Made by a program: the position numbers and the translations under genes. Below are positions 63,839 to 64,000 of a DNA stretch of 64,000 nucleotides, in pieces. The stretch comes from Candidatus Bathyarchaeia archaeon (lineage in GTDB: Archaea; Thermoproteota; Bathyarchaeia; Bathyarchaeales; DTEX01): positions 19,334-83,333 of the forward strand of contig JAWBXL010000001.1 of NCBI GenBank assembly GCA_038867895.1, in the 5' to 3' direction. The stretch's first letter is position 1. Every line of letters starts with the position of its first letter. The notes under the pieces are model-generated. The model saw only the letters and a list, made by a program, of their open reading frames with translations. It did not search any database and was not told where the DNA came from.

Positions 63839-64000
63839 TTAGCCGATTTCCCTGGCTATCTCGGCGGCGAGCTTGGCGAGTGAGATGGCGTCTTCACCAA
63901 ATATAACTATCATCGGCTCCTTGCCGATGTCACCCATATGGTAGATCACGTCTGGCACTCCCCCAACCCTGCCTTTCGCCTGCCTAACACCCCACGGGAT
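63839..64000 (-). CDS. Hypothetical protein, C-terminal fragment (N-terminus outside window)
   Basis: Not in the ORF track. Minus-strand translation ends ...VPDVIYHMGDIGKEPMIVIFGEDAISLAKLAAEIAREIG* with the stop at 63839-41. I do not recognise the family. Confidence 0.4.
   Translation of the reverse strand: MPWGVRQAKGRVGGVPDVIYHMGDIGKEPMIVIFGEDAISLAKLAAEIAREIG

Noticed and set aside
1-64000. Search for CRISPR arrays, transposases, integrases, toxin-antitoxin pairs or a defence island, including tRNA-Trp as a possible integration site.
   Set aside because: No repeat-spacer periodicity was seen and no integrase or transposase motifs appear in any ORF. The genes flanking the tRNA are rpoK/5S and moeA, which are ordinary chromosomal context.

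Overview
This is a 64-kb segment of an archaeal chromosome. Archaeal markers include family-B DNA polymerase, archaeal DnaG, proteasome beta, NAC, MBF1, TFE, Rpo6/RpoK, Hjc, aTrm56 and Trm1. The window is AT-rich overall but uneven: two hand-counted 60-nt lines give 25% GC at 3661-3720 and 65% at 63121-63180. About 75 tightly packed genes are present, mostly housekeeping. They cover replication (polB, dnaG, Toprim protein), translation and RNA (uL3-uL4-uL23-uL2, NAC, HflX, Trm56, Trm1, RNase J-like) and transcription (rpoK, tfe, mbf1). Also present are NAD synthesis (nadX, nadC, NMNAT), molybdopterin-related genes (moeA, MoaD-like), proline synthesis (proC; proB-proA) and pyrC. Further genes include leuCD/hacAB-type dehydratase, a glycan cluster (galT, two GT4, GH57), H+-pyrophosphatase, two ABC importers and two radical-SAM enzymes plus AMMECR1. 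There are two RNA genes: an orphan 5S rRNA (minus strand) and a 201-nt tRNA-Trp(CCA) gene that I resolve by hand into four exons and three bulge-helix-bulge introns. The canonical third intron looks like a box C/D guide whose two antisense elements point at C34 and C39 of the same tRNA. I found no CRISPR array, transposase, integrase, or convincing multi-gene defence or mobile system. The most unusual protein-coding items are an orphan MCM-like AAA+ ATPase, a nucleotidyltransferase-kinase fusion coupled to RNase J, and a head-to-head deletion scar leaving truncated cstA and lysR-type pseudogenes. A perfect 24-nt palindromic operator lies in front of an ABC importer, rpoK lacks a canonical start codon, and a small wHTH gene next to hjc is frameshifted. 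All calls rest on motif recognition by eye. No database search or folding program was run.
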